Shown here: piece by piece, positions 1 through 12,799 of the stretch
Numbering within the stretch: the first letter of the stretch is position 1
Layout: every line of letters starts with the position of its first letter
Source: Octopus sinensis
Taxonomy: Eukaryota
Length of the DNA stretch: 64,000 nt
Reading direction: 5' to 3'
Assembly (NCBI RefSeq): GCF_006345805.1
Contig: NC_043009.1
Coordinates: 6,820,001 to 6,884,000 of the forward strand
The notes under the pieces: generated by a model
Seen by the model: the letters and a program-made list of their open reading frames with translations, nothing else
The model's database searches: none
Told to the model about the DNA's origin: nothing
Translations under genes and position numbers: made by a program

Positions 1-316
1 TTCGAACCACATCACTATCGTTTGCCAGGAGATTAGATTACCGATCACAGAACACATAGAGGGATGTGTTAGCTTTGCGTGTTGATTTCAATGACATATG
101 TCATAATAACATTATGTCTGCCGCAGATTGGTGTGATATGGCATTCTCCGGGACGACATTGCAAAAGTAGCGAACCTTTATTCCATACCCAAAATTCAGC
201 ATATATACATATAAACATGCATATGTGTTTATATGTGTATATGCATATATTATATATATGTATATACAGATAAGTGTATAAGCTTACATAATGCACAAAC
301 AAACATATATACTTGC

Positions 317-349
317 ATCTATCTATCTGTCTATCTGTCTATCTATCCG

Positions 350-416
<67 letters not shown>

Positions 417-419
417 GTA

Positions 420-452
<33 letters not shown>
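317..452. repeat. (ATCT)n/(GTCT)n tetranucleotide microsatellite
   Basis: Direct reading of tandem ATCT/GTCT units. Confidence 0.95.
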
Positions 453-453
<1 letters not shown>

Positions 454-1085
454 GCTAGCTAGTTGTATAAATATACATATGTAATTTTATATACATACAT
501 ACATACATGCATGCATACATACATACATACATACATATGGGGATGGAAATATAAAGTAAAATTATGTGAACGTGTTTACCAAAAAGAACATCCGCTCGTT
601 TACATATGTTTACTCTAAAAATCTGCTTATCCCACTGTTGTATAGAATTGTAATATGCAAGTGTTTGTATGTGCGTGTATGTGTGTGTGTGGTGGGGGTG
701 GGGTTACATAATCTTGTGCATTTGTCGTTCACTGCATGTTTGTGTATTCCTGTATGTAATACGAAGAAATATCATTTATGATATTTAGCATATGTGTGTG
801 ATCATTGCATACACGTCGTTAGTTCAAACAAGATTATATGCTCTTTGCGTAGTAACATTTCGTGAGTAAGGGAAGAGGCTAGCTACAATGGAATGGAACT
901 TGTCTCGGAGCAACGATGTTCCGGGAGCTTGTCGCATCCGTAGCGATGCTTGTTATTAGAATCTCTCTATCTCTCTTTCTCTTTCTCTCTCTCTCTCGCC
1001 CCCTCTATCTAACTACCTACCTACCTACAAATCTATTTGTCTAACTATGTATCTAACAACCTATCTATTATCTATCGAGCTATCT

Positions 1086-1152
1086 ATGTATGTACGTACG
1101 TATGTATGTATGTATGTATGTATGTATGTATGTATGTATGTATGTATGTATG

Positions 1153-1185
<33 letters not shown>

Positions 1186-1314
1186 CTCTTTCTCTCTCTC
1201 ATCTCTATATATATATATATATATAAATGTATATATATATATAGATATGTATTTTAGTATGCATTTGCATATGCATGTGTTTGTGTGTATAAAAATGCAT
1301 ATAGACTCGTTACA

Positions 1315-1367
<53 letters not shown>
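1086..1367. repeat. Compound microsatellite (ATGT)n-(ATCT)n-(AT)n ... (GT)n
   Basis: Direct reading. Confidence 0.9.
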
Positions 1368-1370
<3 letters not shown>

Positions 1371-1511
1371 ATATTTACGTATATGTGTATGTGAAGTCTA
1401 GCAAGTCGAAACTTTGTAGTCTCTATCACCCTTCTACTTTGAGAAATATAATGAACATGTAATCTGCGAAAAAATTTCAGAAATTTTTCGGTTTGATATT
1501 GAGTTGTTTTC

Positions 1512-1730
1512 AAGCGGCAAGCTGGCACAATTGTTAACTCGTCGGAAAAAATACTTAGCAGTATTTCATCCGTTGTTACGTTCTGAGTTCAAATTACGCC
1601 GAGGCCGACTTTACCTTTCATCCTCTCGGGGGTCAATAATAAAAGTACCATTCGAGTCCTGAGGTCTATGAAATCGACTTATTCCCCTCTCCCGAAATTT
1701 CTATCCTCGTACCAGAATTCGAAACTAATA
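1512..1730 (+). mobile_element. SINE family A copy, diverged, tail type Y
   Basis: Shares GCTGGCA...TTACGTTCTGAGTTCAAATT...GACTT...TTTCATCCT core with copies at 5514, 10887, 16605, 46525; GAGTTCAAATT resembles a pol III B box. Confidence 0.75.
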
Positions 1731-2065
1731 TTAAATCGCCTTATATTGTAAATCTACATAAAAACAAATATTTAATACTCGCGTGAGTTCTTGCCCGGTT
1801 AATTATTATTTCAGTAAACACAAAGGGAAAATGTACACGAAACACAATAGACAGAATATAGGAGTGTAATATTTAGAAAATTTTCAATAGACGCGGTTAA
1901 GATCTAGTTAACATTGTATAGAATGGGTTACCGTGGATACTGGATTGTTTATTTAGCTTAATTGTTGAGTGTTAAGTTCATGGCCGAAGGAAACAATGGA
2001 ATATCTTTGATATTGAGCGGCAGAGATTATAGATATTATCTCCAATTAGCCATTTTATTTACGAG

Positions 2066-2159
<94 letters not shown>

Positions 2160-2642
2160 CTTACAAATTTTCTTATATAGGAGTGAGATACGAATAATTA
2201 GGCCTGCATTAGTTTGTTGTGCTATTTATTTCCCTGGGGTCAGACATAGGAAGGTTTTTTTCCTTCTGAATCCTGAATCGAAACGCACAGAGAGGATAAG
2301 GTAATCTAATATGGAATCGGTGCCTCATCAACAGAAGATTTCCTGTTGCTGTTGATTAGGCTGCCACTGCTTTCTTTTTCTTCTTCTCTTCTTCTTCTTC
2401 TTCTACTGCTTATTATTATATTATTATATTATTATTATTATAGTATATTTTATATTATTATTATTATTATTATCATTATTATTTTGTTCTTCTCTCTTCT
2501 TTTTCTTTTCTTTTCTTTTTTTTCTTCTTTCTCGATTTTTTCTTCTGATTTCTTCTTCTCCTCCTCCTCCCTCTCCTTCTTCTATCACCAACATCGCCAC
2601 GTCACCCCACCATCGTTGCTGCTGCTGGTGCTGCTACTACTA

Positions 2643-2677
<35 letters not shown>

Positions 2678-2923
2678 ACCATAACCACCACCTCCACTGA
2701 TATTCAACGATAAATGTAGGCACTTTCTAAACTTTAGGGAGAAAAAGGAATTACATACTCAATACTTAACTGTTAGATTCTTCACTTGCTCAATATTGTA
2801 AATATGTTGAAGTTGAAACTTATCATATGAACGTAGAGAACCAGGACGAAATCTCATGTACACTATGCTATCCATGTAATTAACAGAAGGCATAATGTCT
2901 GTACATACATACATTCAAACATA

Positions 2924-2971
<48 letters not shown>

Positions 2972-2993
2972 ACTGTGTCTTTCCCCCCTCTCT

Positions 2994-3075
<82 letters not shown>

Positions 3076-3078
3076 CGT

Positions 3079-3400
3079 GTGAAGGCGCAATGGCCTAGTG
3101 GTTAGGGCAGCGGACTTGCGGTCGTAGGGATCGCGGTTTTCAATTCCCAGACCGGGCGTTGTGAGTGTTTATTGAGCGAAAAACACCTAAAGCTCCACGA
3201 GGCTCCGGCAGGGGGGTGGAGGCGATTCCTGCTGTACTCTTTCGCCGCAACTTTCTCTCACTCTTTCTTCTGTTGGCCTGATCGCTTAGCCAGCGGGGTA
3301 GCGTCATTTGAAGGCTAAAACAATGCGAAGCGCGTTGTGACCAGCGATGTGTAGCAACATCTGATAGCCTGGTCGGTCACGGTGATCACGGTGACGGTAA
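3079..3400 (+). mobile_element. tRNA-derived SINE (head shared with the SINE at 14341)
   Basis: A-box TGGCCTAGTGG, B-box-like GGTTTTCAATTCC, body matching 14341-14515, short repeated 3' tail (TCACGGTGA) before (TA)n. Confidence 0.8.
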
Positions 3401-4154
3401 TATATATATATGCTTATATGGCTACAGGACGTCTATGATTGTAAACAACATGAAATACGCAAACAACGAAAGAAAAATATTGAAAACATGACAAGTAACA
3501 CAAAGAACGAGCCTTCATGAGTTATCGACTGTCTAACTCCTCATTTGAGGAGTTCGACAGTCTAGCAAATCTCGAGAAACGTGCGATTCTCGTGTCTCGA
3601 GATGGGCTAGAGAGTTTCTATTTTGCATATATTTCGGGTACTTAGTTGTGCTCATGACTTAGTGTTCACTTCTTCCATGGGTATATGTAAGTATTTCACT
3701 TACTCCTTTGCCGCATTTATCACTGATAAAGGGAAGGTTCTTATGAACTAACTCTGAAATCGGGTCCGATATGGTAATAACGGGATTTTTAGAAATTTCT
3801 GTCGGCTTTATTCGAAACGCGTGCTTCTAGTGATAAATTACATAGTTATTGACGTTATGTCTATTTTCGTCATATTTTGGCATTAGAATTTTTTTCTTTT
3901 GCCCTTACTTATAAATTGTTTATAAATTACCTTTAAAGGTATATTTTTAATGTGCTTGCCATTGATAGATTTTTTCGAAAAAATTGGTATCCTACATTAG
4001 ATGTATTATACATATACATACATATATATATATATATAATATATTATATATATATTATATAATATATATGTGTGTGTATGTGTGTGTGTGTGTGTGTGTG
4101 TTTTGTGTGAGTGTATGTATATGCATATATATATTTATATATATACACATTATA

Positions 4155-4206
<52 letters not shown>

Positions 4207-4227
4207 TATTATATATACACATTTATA

Positions 4228-4292
<65 letters not shown>

Positions 4293-4295
<3 letters not shown>

Positions 4296-4428
4296 TAATC
4301 CAAACAAGAAACACAAAAGACAACAACGCAAAGGATGTGGAACAAATAAAGTATTATTGAACGCTCAGGAAAGAAGGAAGAAGGAGGGTTTTGACGTTTC
4401 GAGCGGAGCTCTTCGTCGGAAACATAGG
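4293..4428 (-). mobile_element. Short (TA)n-embedded element end, Penelope-like terminal repeat fragment, carrying a minimal hammerhead motif
   Basis: Flanked by (TA)n on both sides; related copy in opposite orientation at 34817-34904; HHR motif at 4389-4424. Confidence 0.6.
4389..4424 (-). ncRNA. Minimal type I hammerhead ribozyme-like motif
   Basis: Minus strand reads GTTT CCGACGA A GAGC-TCC-GCTC GAAA CG TC AAAAC: CYGANGA core, 4-bp stem II, GAAA, palindromic ACGT stem III, GUC site. Confidence 0.55.
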
Positions 4429-4443
4429 ATATATATATATATG

Positions 4444-4502
<59 letters not shown>

Positions 4503-4543
4503 GTATGTATACGTGTGTATAAAACACACACTCGAACACAATC

Positions 4544-4644
<101 letters not shown>

Positions 4645-4849
4645 AGATTGTGTATTTCTTTATACGTGTGTAATAAAGTACAAAATTTTCTTGAAAACCT
4701 GAAGTTAAAAACACTGCGAGAAAATATTAATATATACAGGCGAGATTCTGTCCCCGAATATCAGCCAAATTATGCATTAGATTTTGCCTACTAATTTTGC
4801 AGACATTTGCAGTCTTATTTAGCCTGCTCGTTAAAAATAATATATAAGA

Positions 4850-5400
4850 ATGGTTTTTCTTCCATTTCCACGAATACCTTGGAACTCTTAAAGTTGAATC
4901 GTACCAATACTCTTCGTATTCGATTGCTATTAATAAGACTCTCATTCAGATTGGTCTGTGATAAACACTTTACAAAGCAAGATCTACCGCCAGGAACATA
5001 CACAAGAATGTAGCTTGAAAAGTGATAGTTATTCTAGAACAGAGATTCTCAACAATTTTCTATCAATGGAAATCTTTGATTACTATTTTATTCCTTTGGA
5101 CCCCATTGCTATTAAATGTTTAAAGGCTAGTTTCCAAATTGCTATCTTGCTTTTCACACAATAATTAGTGTATGAAGAACTACGTGAAACGTTAGAGAAA
5201 GAATCCTAGGTCGTTCTTGCAATCCATACCAAAACATCAACAACAGTTTTTTCTTTTATCAGGTGCCCTTACAATTCTATTGTGGATGGTGGATTCCCAA
5301 TTTATTATTCCATTGCGTGGAACCTCAAATTGTTTATGAACCAATAGATGTCATATGGACCCTGCGTGAGAAGCATTGTGCTACAATGGGAATCTATACA
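4850..5400 (+). mobile_element. Possible highly degraded Penelope-like element remnant (RT C-terminus / GIY-YIG)
   Basis: Frameshifted fragments (IYYSIA / CGTSN..TNR / IWTLREKHC) echo the GIY-YIG pattern IY.F.C.CG..YIG.T.R.L..R..EH; many stops. Confidence 0.3.
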
Positions 5401-5513
5401 GAAAAAAAAGGAAAAACGAAAAAGGAAATCACACGAATTCATCAATGAAGAAAGGAAACTTAACTACAAGCTGAAGATCGACTTCAGCTCCATCAATATG
5501 TACCATATGAATA

Positions 5514-5747
5514 CCTATTCTTTACTACCAACAAGGGGCTAAACACAGAGAGGACAAACAAGGATAGACAAACGGATTAAGTCGATTATATCGACCCCAG
5601 TGCGTAACTGGTACTTATTTAATCGACCCCGATAGGATGACAGGCAAAGTCAACCTCGGTGGAATTTGAAATCAGAACGTAACGACAGACGAAATACCGC
5701 CAAGCATTTCGCCCGGCGTGCTAACGTTTCTGCCAGCTCGCCGCCTT
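5514..5747 (-). mobile_element. SINE family A copy, tail type X
   Basis: Reverse complement closely matches 10887-11120. Confidence 0.9.
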
Positions 5748-6550
5748 CAGGTACCATAAGAATACCATTAAGACTATCAACTACACTAACAATAGTACAA
5801 ACAAGCAGCTAACTGCAACGACACATTTAAAGACACTACATGTGATGGTAGAAGAAAGAAATAAGATTCAATACCAAAACAAGTGTAGCAAGGAGAATAA
5901 AGAAACAAGCGTTTTACGTTAATTTGTTTTTACTTTTTATATGGATTCTAAGTTATTCTCTAGTAAACGTTAAACGTCTCAGTTGTTTTTATTCAGTGCC
6001 TTTATCACTACACTCCACACGAATTTACCTCAGGCTAATATTTCAGAGATAAAGTAAAATAAACGGTGAACAAACAATTGTTTATTATCCTGCTAAATTA
6101 CCCTAACAGAATAAGGAAAAAGCGAAGAAAAAAAAAAAAGGAAGTGGAAAGTACAAAACAAAAAGAAAAACAAAAAGTAACAAACAAAAGCCTATCAATT
6201 TTACAAATCATGTGGTCTCACGTATTGGGTGGAAAAAGTAAAATAACAAAGCACAACAACAAAGTTATTCAGGCTGAGCTTTAGAGAGAGAGAGAGACGT
6301 ACTTGGAGTCTTACTGTAGGTTATAATTTGTAATTGAGCGAAGGGGGGACAACTCAAACAATTGAAGACAATATAATGTGATGGGCTGAAGGCAATAAAT
6401 TGATGCCTCGATAAAGGAATAAGAAATATAATAGTCTTTATGATTCTTGTGAAAAATGCCAAAAAATATGGATAAGGTGAGACGGAACTAAACTATGACT
6501 CCAAATTAATTTAGGTTGTGTTCTGAATTCTATTATTATTATTATTATCA

Positions 6551-6603
<53 letters not shown>

Positions 6604-6636
6604 ATTATTATCATTATTATTATTGTGCTGTTGTTG

Positions 6637-6670
<34 letters not shown>

Positions 6671-6849
6671 ATTATTATTATTTTGTTTGCTTTTATTTAA
6701 AAACAAAAATTGACATTCATTTCCAAAGCGCTTGCGCTATGGCCATGAGATGACACGAAACAAATATTTGTTCAGAGTTTTAATTACTCTCATTATAAAT
6801 ATACACACTAATTCTAACAAACGTTCTCACTCTCTATCTATCAACCTAC

Positions 6850-6887
<38 letters not shown>

Positions 6888-7489
6888 GAAGAAAAAAGTG
6901 AGAGTAGAGAGGCAAGTTTTGTCTAGTGAATGTTTTAAAAAAGATGGGGAATGTAGCAAGGATGGCACGTATGAATGACGAAGCCGCCTTGACTATGATT
7001 CTATGAACCGTAAAAATTAATACAGAGAGTTTGCTTATTTGCAAAAAAAAAAAAAAAAAAAGAATATAACATGTGACTTCATTGACCGAGGTTACCGTGG
7101 TCTTTTCCGTAGGCTTTTCTTTCCACGGGTAAACCTCCCTGTCCTCCCCTTTACACTTCATATTGACATTTCTGTGATTAACGATCCCTATTGATCAATT
7201 TTTTTCCTCTCCCCTTTTTTTTTTTTTTTTTAACCCCCTTTTTTTTTGTCCTCTTTCTCTCCTTTTACGATCCCTTTTGATCGACCCCCCCTTTTTTTTT
7301 TTTTTAAATTTTTTTTTATTTTATTTTATTTTTTCTTATTTTTTTTTATTTTTTTTATTTATTTTTTTTTATTTTTTTTTTTTTTTTTTTATTTTTATTT
7401 TTATTTTTTTTTTAAACCTTCAAAAGAAAGCTCTACTTGTAATTTGTTCTATCTGTGTGCAGCCCTGTGTGGCTAATAAGAAAGAATCA

Positions 7490-7504
7490 TATCTATCATC
7501 TATC

Positions 7505-7535
<31 letters not shown>

Positions 7536-7558
7536 CTATATATATCTATCTGTCTATC

Positions 7559-7589
<31 letters not shown>

Positions 7590-7677
7590 CTATTATCATC
7601 TATCTATCTCATCTATCTATCTATTTATCTATCTATCATCTATCTATCTATCTATCTATCTATCTATTATTATCTAT

Positions 7678-7760
<83 letters not shown>

Positions 7761-7770
7761 GCTATCTATT
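7490..7770. repeat. (ATCT)n microsatellite
   Basis: Direct reading. Confidence 0.95.
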
Positions 7771-7850
7771 CATCTATATGTCAATGTACTGATTGTTTAA
7801 AATATACAATATATATAATATGATTATGCAAGCTTACATAAATATATACA

Positions 7851-8310
7851 GGCACAGGAGTGACTGTGTGGTAAGTAGCTTGCTTACCAACCACATGGTT
7901 CCGGATTCAGTCTCCCGGCATGGTACCTTCAGCAAGGGTCTTTTTCTATGGCCTCGGGCTGACCAAAATCTTGTGATTTTGTAGATGGACACTGAAAGAA
8001 GCCCCTAGTATATATATATATTATATATATATATATATTATATATATATATATGTATATATATGTATATATATAGTATGTGTGTGTGTGTGTATACATTT
8101 GTGTGTCTGTGTTTGTCCCTCACCATCGCTTGACAGCTGATGTTGGTGTGTTTACGTCCTCGTAACTTAGCCGTTCGGTAAAAGAGACCGATAGGAAAAA
8201 GTACTACGCTTACAAAGAATAAGACCTGGGGTTGATTTGTTCGACTAAACGCGGTGCAACAGCATTGCCGCAGTAAAATGACTGAAACAAATAAAAAAAT
8301 AAAAGAGTAA
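7851..8310 (+). mobile_element. SINE family B copy (tRNA-like head, internal (TA)n(TG)n, AAAAGAGT tail)
   Basis: Matches copies at 27894, 49447 and 57936 along its length; TGACTGTGTGG A-box-like and GGATTCAGTCT B-box-like motifs. Confidence 0.9.
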
Positions 8311-8796
8311 AAAAATATGTATACATATCCAAATGTATGTACATACCAATATGTCTATCTATATATGTGCACATATATATTTTTTGTAAATACACACACA
8401 CGCACAATATATATATATCGCACAGTCATATCAGAATGCAAAAATATGTGTGCGCACACTTATATATATATTTCAATATATATATATGTATATATATATG
8501 TTAGTGCGTATGAGCGTATTTATGTGTATGTGAGTTTGGGCGTGATATATTCAAATTGTGCGGATATTTGTGACAATGTACGAACATGTATATTTATGCG
8601 CGAATAGTCGTGTCTTATTGAAATTAATTTCATTTCTAAATCGATGTATTCTCAGTTATACTCATAATTTTTTTTCTTTTATTTCAGTTTCCCGAATTTG
8701 ATTGAGATTCAAAATTGTTTTTTTTCCATGTTTAAATTTCAACTACGAAAAAAAAACCAAACTCTATGGTAAAGTAATAACATCAACAACAATTAA

Positions 8797-8835
8797 AAAT
8801 AATAATGATGATGATGATGATAAAATAATAATAAT

Positions 8836-8883
<48 letters not shown>

Positions 8884-9017
8884 CATTGATGGTAATAATA
8901 ATAATAATGATGATGATGATGATGATTATGATGTTAATAATAATTATTATTATTATTATTATTATTATCATTATTGTAACAACAACTACGAGGGAAACGA
9001 CAATAATAATTGTAGTA

Positions 9018-9062
<45 letters not shown>
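8797..9062. repeat. (AAT)n/(GAT)n/(ATT)n compound trinucleotide microsatellite
   Basis: Direct reading. Confidence 0.95.
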
Positions 9063-9064
<2 letters not shown>

Positions 9065-9069
9065 GATGC

Positions 9070-9609
9070 AGTACCAGGCAGTGGCTCTCATGGCTTCTGA
9101 TCTTAACTGATTGGAAGTGTTATCATGTACATTGTTTGTCTTGGTATAAAAGATGGGCTACAGCAAAATTCTGCTCAATACCACAGATTAGGTTGTCAGT
9201 TGTTTGACCTTAACCAGTTAAGCATGTCCCTTAGTGGCTGACGATATGTGCATCTCTGATCACGAGCAGAAGTAGTGGGGGAGCATCATAGCCATGTGTT
9301 GAGAGGGATTCTTTGGGGTTGAATAGTTCACCTCTGGAAACATGGGTGGTTCTTTCAACATCCTTAAACAACCCTTATTCAGGGACCGTTTGAGAGGATG
9401 GGCTACTCAAAATGAAGAAAATTCTAACTGGGCCCCACCTGCAAGGTCATGTGCTGTTTATCTTGATATGAGATCACCATGTCGCGCACATATGGTTGTG
9501 ATGCATGTGCCTGGTGTACCTTTATCAGACGGGTAGTCATGATGGGTATATTGGGCTTCGTATATTTTACCCCAGTGTCACTTTGATGGCATGAACTGCT
9601 CTCTCACTC

Positions 9610-9610
<1 letters not shown>
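9070..9610 (+). mobile_element. Family D non-autonomous retroelement ending in (AAT)n
   Basis: ~540 bp; opposite-orientation copy at 31786-32304; 3' end CTCTCTCACTC runs into (AAT)n; (AAT)n on both sides. Confidence 0.8.
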
Positions 9611-9643
<33 letters not shown>

Positions 9644-9704
9644 GTAATAATAATTAATAACGGAAGAATATTTTAAGAAAGACGGAAAATAACTATTATT
9701 ATTA

Positions 9705-9741
<37 letters not shown>

Positions 9742-10082
9742 TTTATTATTATTATTAATAATAATGATAATAATAATAATAATAATTTGAGAAACTATGC
9801 TGGAAGGAAATTTCGGTAATATTAGGGTCTTCTTTAATGATTTCTTTGGGCTGCAAATCTGCTATGCCTGTAATACCAAAGAAAAATCTATTGACATGGG
9901 GCCAAAATTTCTTCCATGCCATCTTCAAATACCATTTCCTGAGTTAATATTGCTCCTGAGAAAACAAAATTCTTCATTGTCTGCTTTACAAATCAAATAT
10001 TTTCTCATCTAAAATTTACTTTCTGAGATTTGTGATATTTTATTGATATTACTTTTTATTTGCATTTAAAAAAACATTATTA

Positions 10083-10127
<45 letters not shown>

Positions 10128-10886
10128 TATTATATTATTATATTATTATTTATTGTTATTGTGAACGTTGTTATAACTATCATTTATTTTCTTATCGCCA
10201 GTATCATAGTTATCACTCTTATTATTGTTATTATTATTACTATTATTATTGTTGTTGTTGTTGTTGTTATTGTTATTATATATTTTTGTCCTTTAGTTAT
10301 TTATTTTTATTCTTATTGTTCTTTCCAAACGTTTTCTCCGACCACACTTAGTGGTCAGTAAAGACAACATTAATATAACTCTACTGTCCTTATTATGTGG
10401 CTGAGAGAGGCCATCATGTTGCGAGCGAACGGGCCGGACCCGAGCATACATCTCTAAATCGCAGATAAATAACTGAGAAAAGGCTCCTTCCGCAGAAGCC
10501 AGAACAATCTTGGTTTGTGGGGTTTCTCCATGAGCAGACCTCGAACAACTCCCTATTGAGGAAGACTCATTGTTAATATAATACCTTCAAGTTTTCTTCT
10601 TTATTTGTTAAAGATATTTCCACGCAAAACTCTCCAATCATAACACTCGCACTCACACACATACACGCACGCACGTACTCGCGCACACACCAACACGCAC
10701 ACGTACTCACACCAATACACATATATACACACATGCGCACACATACACACACACAGACACTTAATATTTTGTCCTGCATCATCTTAATTTTTTTTAATAT
10801 GAACCCTTTGTGGTTAAGGAATCTTCTTCATCATTATTATTATTTAAGACATCGCACAGTATCCAGTATCGTAATGTTGTTGATTA

Positions 10887-11120
10887 AAGGCGTCGAGCTG
10901 ACAGAATCGTTAGCACGCCGGGCGAAATGCGTAGCCGTATTTCGTCTACCATTACGTTTTAAGTTCAAATTCCGCCGAGGTCGACTTTGCCTTTCATCCT
11001 TTCGAGGTCGATAAATTAAGTACCAGTGACGCACTGTGGGCGATGTAATCGACTTAATCCCTTTGTCTATCCTTGTTTGTCCCCTCTGTGTTTAGCCCCT
11101 TGTGTGTAGTAAAGAAATAG
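10887..11120 (+). mobile_element. SINE family A copy, tail type X
   Basis: Full-length match to other family A copies. Confidence 0.9.
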
Positions 11121-11121
11121 A

Positions 11122-11612
11122 TACCGTGTCTACCAGGGGTTTGCACAGTTTGTCAAGTCACAGCAAGGACCTCAGACAGAGAGTACATTTATGCAATATG
11201 CGTGCGATTCCAAGTAATGCTGATTTTTGCAATACACCTAGATTGCAGGGTTTCCAGGTTTTTGTTCATTAATCCATTTTCAGTAATCTGAAACATACGC
11301 AGCTGGTTTCAAAATTCTAATGATCTTTTACCGACAGAGTAACCTTTGCCATTGCTCTTGTCTAGCAAGACTTGTTCATAGAACTTAATTGCCATTTTGT
11401 TCATATCAACAGACCAGTTGCGCTTGCGAGCACGTTGCATATTTTGGCCAGTAAAAGGATTACAACTGGATGGAGTTTAGTCTTCCACTTCATTGCCCTC
11501 TGAGGGGTCCCTGCCGGGCGCAGGATATCTGGTGTCTTGGACATCCAGGGGTGTCTTCCTGTTCATGCCCTTATTTGGGTTTGAAATTCCTGTCATTGCA
11601 AAGAATGAGAAT
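11122..11612 (-). mobile_element. Internally deleted R4/Dong-clade non-LTR derivative (N-terminal ORF piece fused to C-terminal piece)
   Basis: Minus strand MQRARKRNWSVDMNKMAIKFYEQ...GYSVGKRSLEF*NQLRMFQITENGL joined near 11258 to PGNP / NLGVLQKSALLGIARILHK, which matches the C-termini at 17755 and ~18875; 5' side abuts (AAG)n(AAT)n. Confidence 0.6.
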
Positions 11613-11673
11613 TCTTCTTCTTCTTCTTCTTCTTCTTATTATTATTATTATTATTACTATTATCATTATTATA

Positions 11674-11759
<86 letters not shown>

Positions 11760-11819
11760 CAACAGTAGTAGTAGCAGCAGTGGCTGCAGCAGCAGTAGTA
11801 GTAGTAGTAGTAACAGCAT

Positions 11820-11914
<95 letters not shown>

Positions 11915-11915
11915 G
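11613..11915. repeat. Compound trinucleotide microsatellite (CTT)(ATT)(AGT)(AGC)(AGT)(ACT)
   Basis: Direct reading. Confidence 0.95.
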
Positions 11916-12327
11916 TAATTGTGATCTTACTTTTATTCCTGGGCACGCACTCGTTTTCCTTTCTGGACTTTAATATTCGAAATTCTATAAACATTGGGAG
12001 ACGGCATGTGCTGCGAATGTTTATTGAATCCATTTTGTCTGTTAACTGGTAAAACCACCACAGAAATCATGGGAGCCTGCTACAATGAATCTTGCATTTT
12101 GCCAATTCATTATGCATGCATGTAAAACCAGAGAACCATGGCACGGCTGAGGATATATAGACACTATTAGGAGGTAAATGCGAGAATATAGAATACATGT
12201 GTTCTGTTGATCTGCTAGAAATAGCAATAACAGTTACCTAGAACGACATACAGAATTCTCGAAAAGAAAACGACATTTTGTACAGCTTACTGCAAAATGC
12301 AAGTTTTCGTTTTGTCTCTTAAATGAC

Positions 12328-12503
12328 ATGGTTCCCAAGAACATGGTTCCCAACATGGTTCCCAAGAACATGGTTCTGAGTTCAGTCCCACTGCCTGGCA
12401 CATTCAGCAGGTGTCTTCTACTGTCGCCTCTGGCCGATGACTGTTTTGTGAGTGGATTTGGGAGACACTGAAAGAAGCCCGATATGTTTGTGTGTGAGTG
12501 TGT

Positions 12504-12535
<32 letters not shown>

Positions 12536-12690
12536 TTGTGTGCGTGTGTGTGTGTGTGCGTGCGTGCGAGTGTGCGTTGTCCTCACACCACCACCGTTGA
12601 TAACCGTGGCTGGTTGTTTTCGCCCCTGTAAATTGGCGGTTCCGCAAAAACACCGATAGAATCAGTACTCAGCTTACAAAATAAGTCCTC
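12328..12690 (+). mobile_element. SINE family B copy, 5'-truncated, with stuttered 5' junction
   Basis: CATGGTTC repeated four times, then family B body. Confidence 0.8.
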
Positions 12691-12799
12691 TGGTAATTTT
12701 AAACCTCCAAATGCGTCAAGTTAAATAGTAAAGGAATATATATAAATAAGAATATATATATTATAGAATATATATATATATATTATATATATGTACATA

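Noticed and set aside
7200-7415. Very long T-rich tract as terminator or retrocopy poly(A) tail
   Set aside because: Irregular homopolymer-rich stretch, possibly low-quality sequence; no associated retrocopy identified
9790-10025. pogo/Tigger transposase remnant (minus strand AWKKFWPHV..F.G)
   Set aside because: Single short motif with stops; too weak without a profile search
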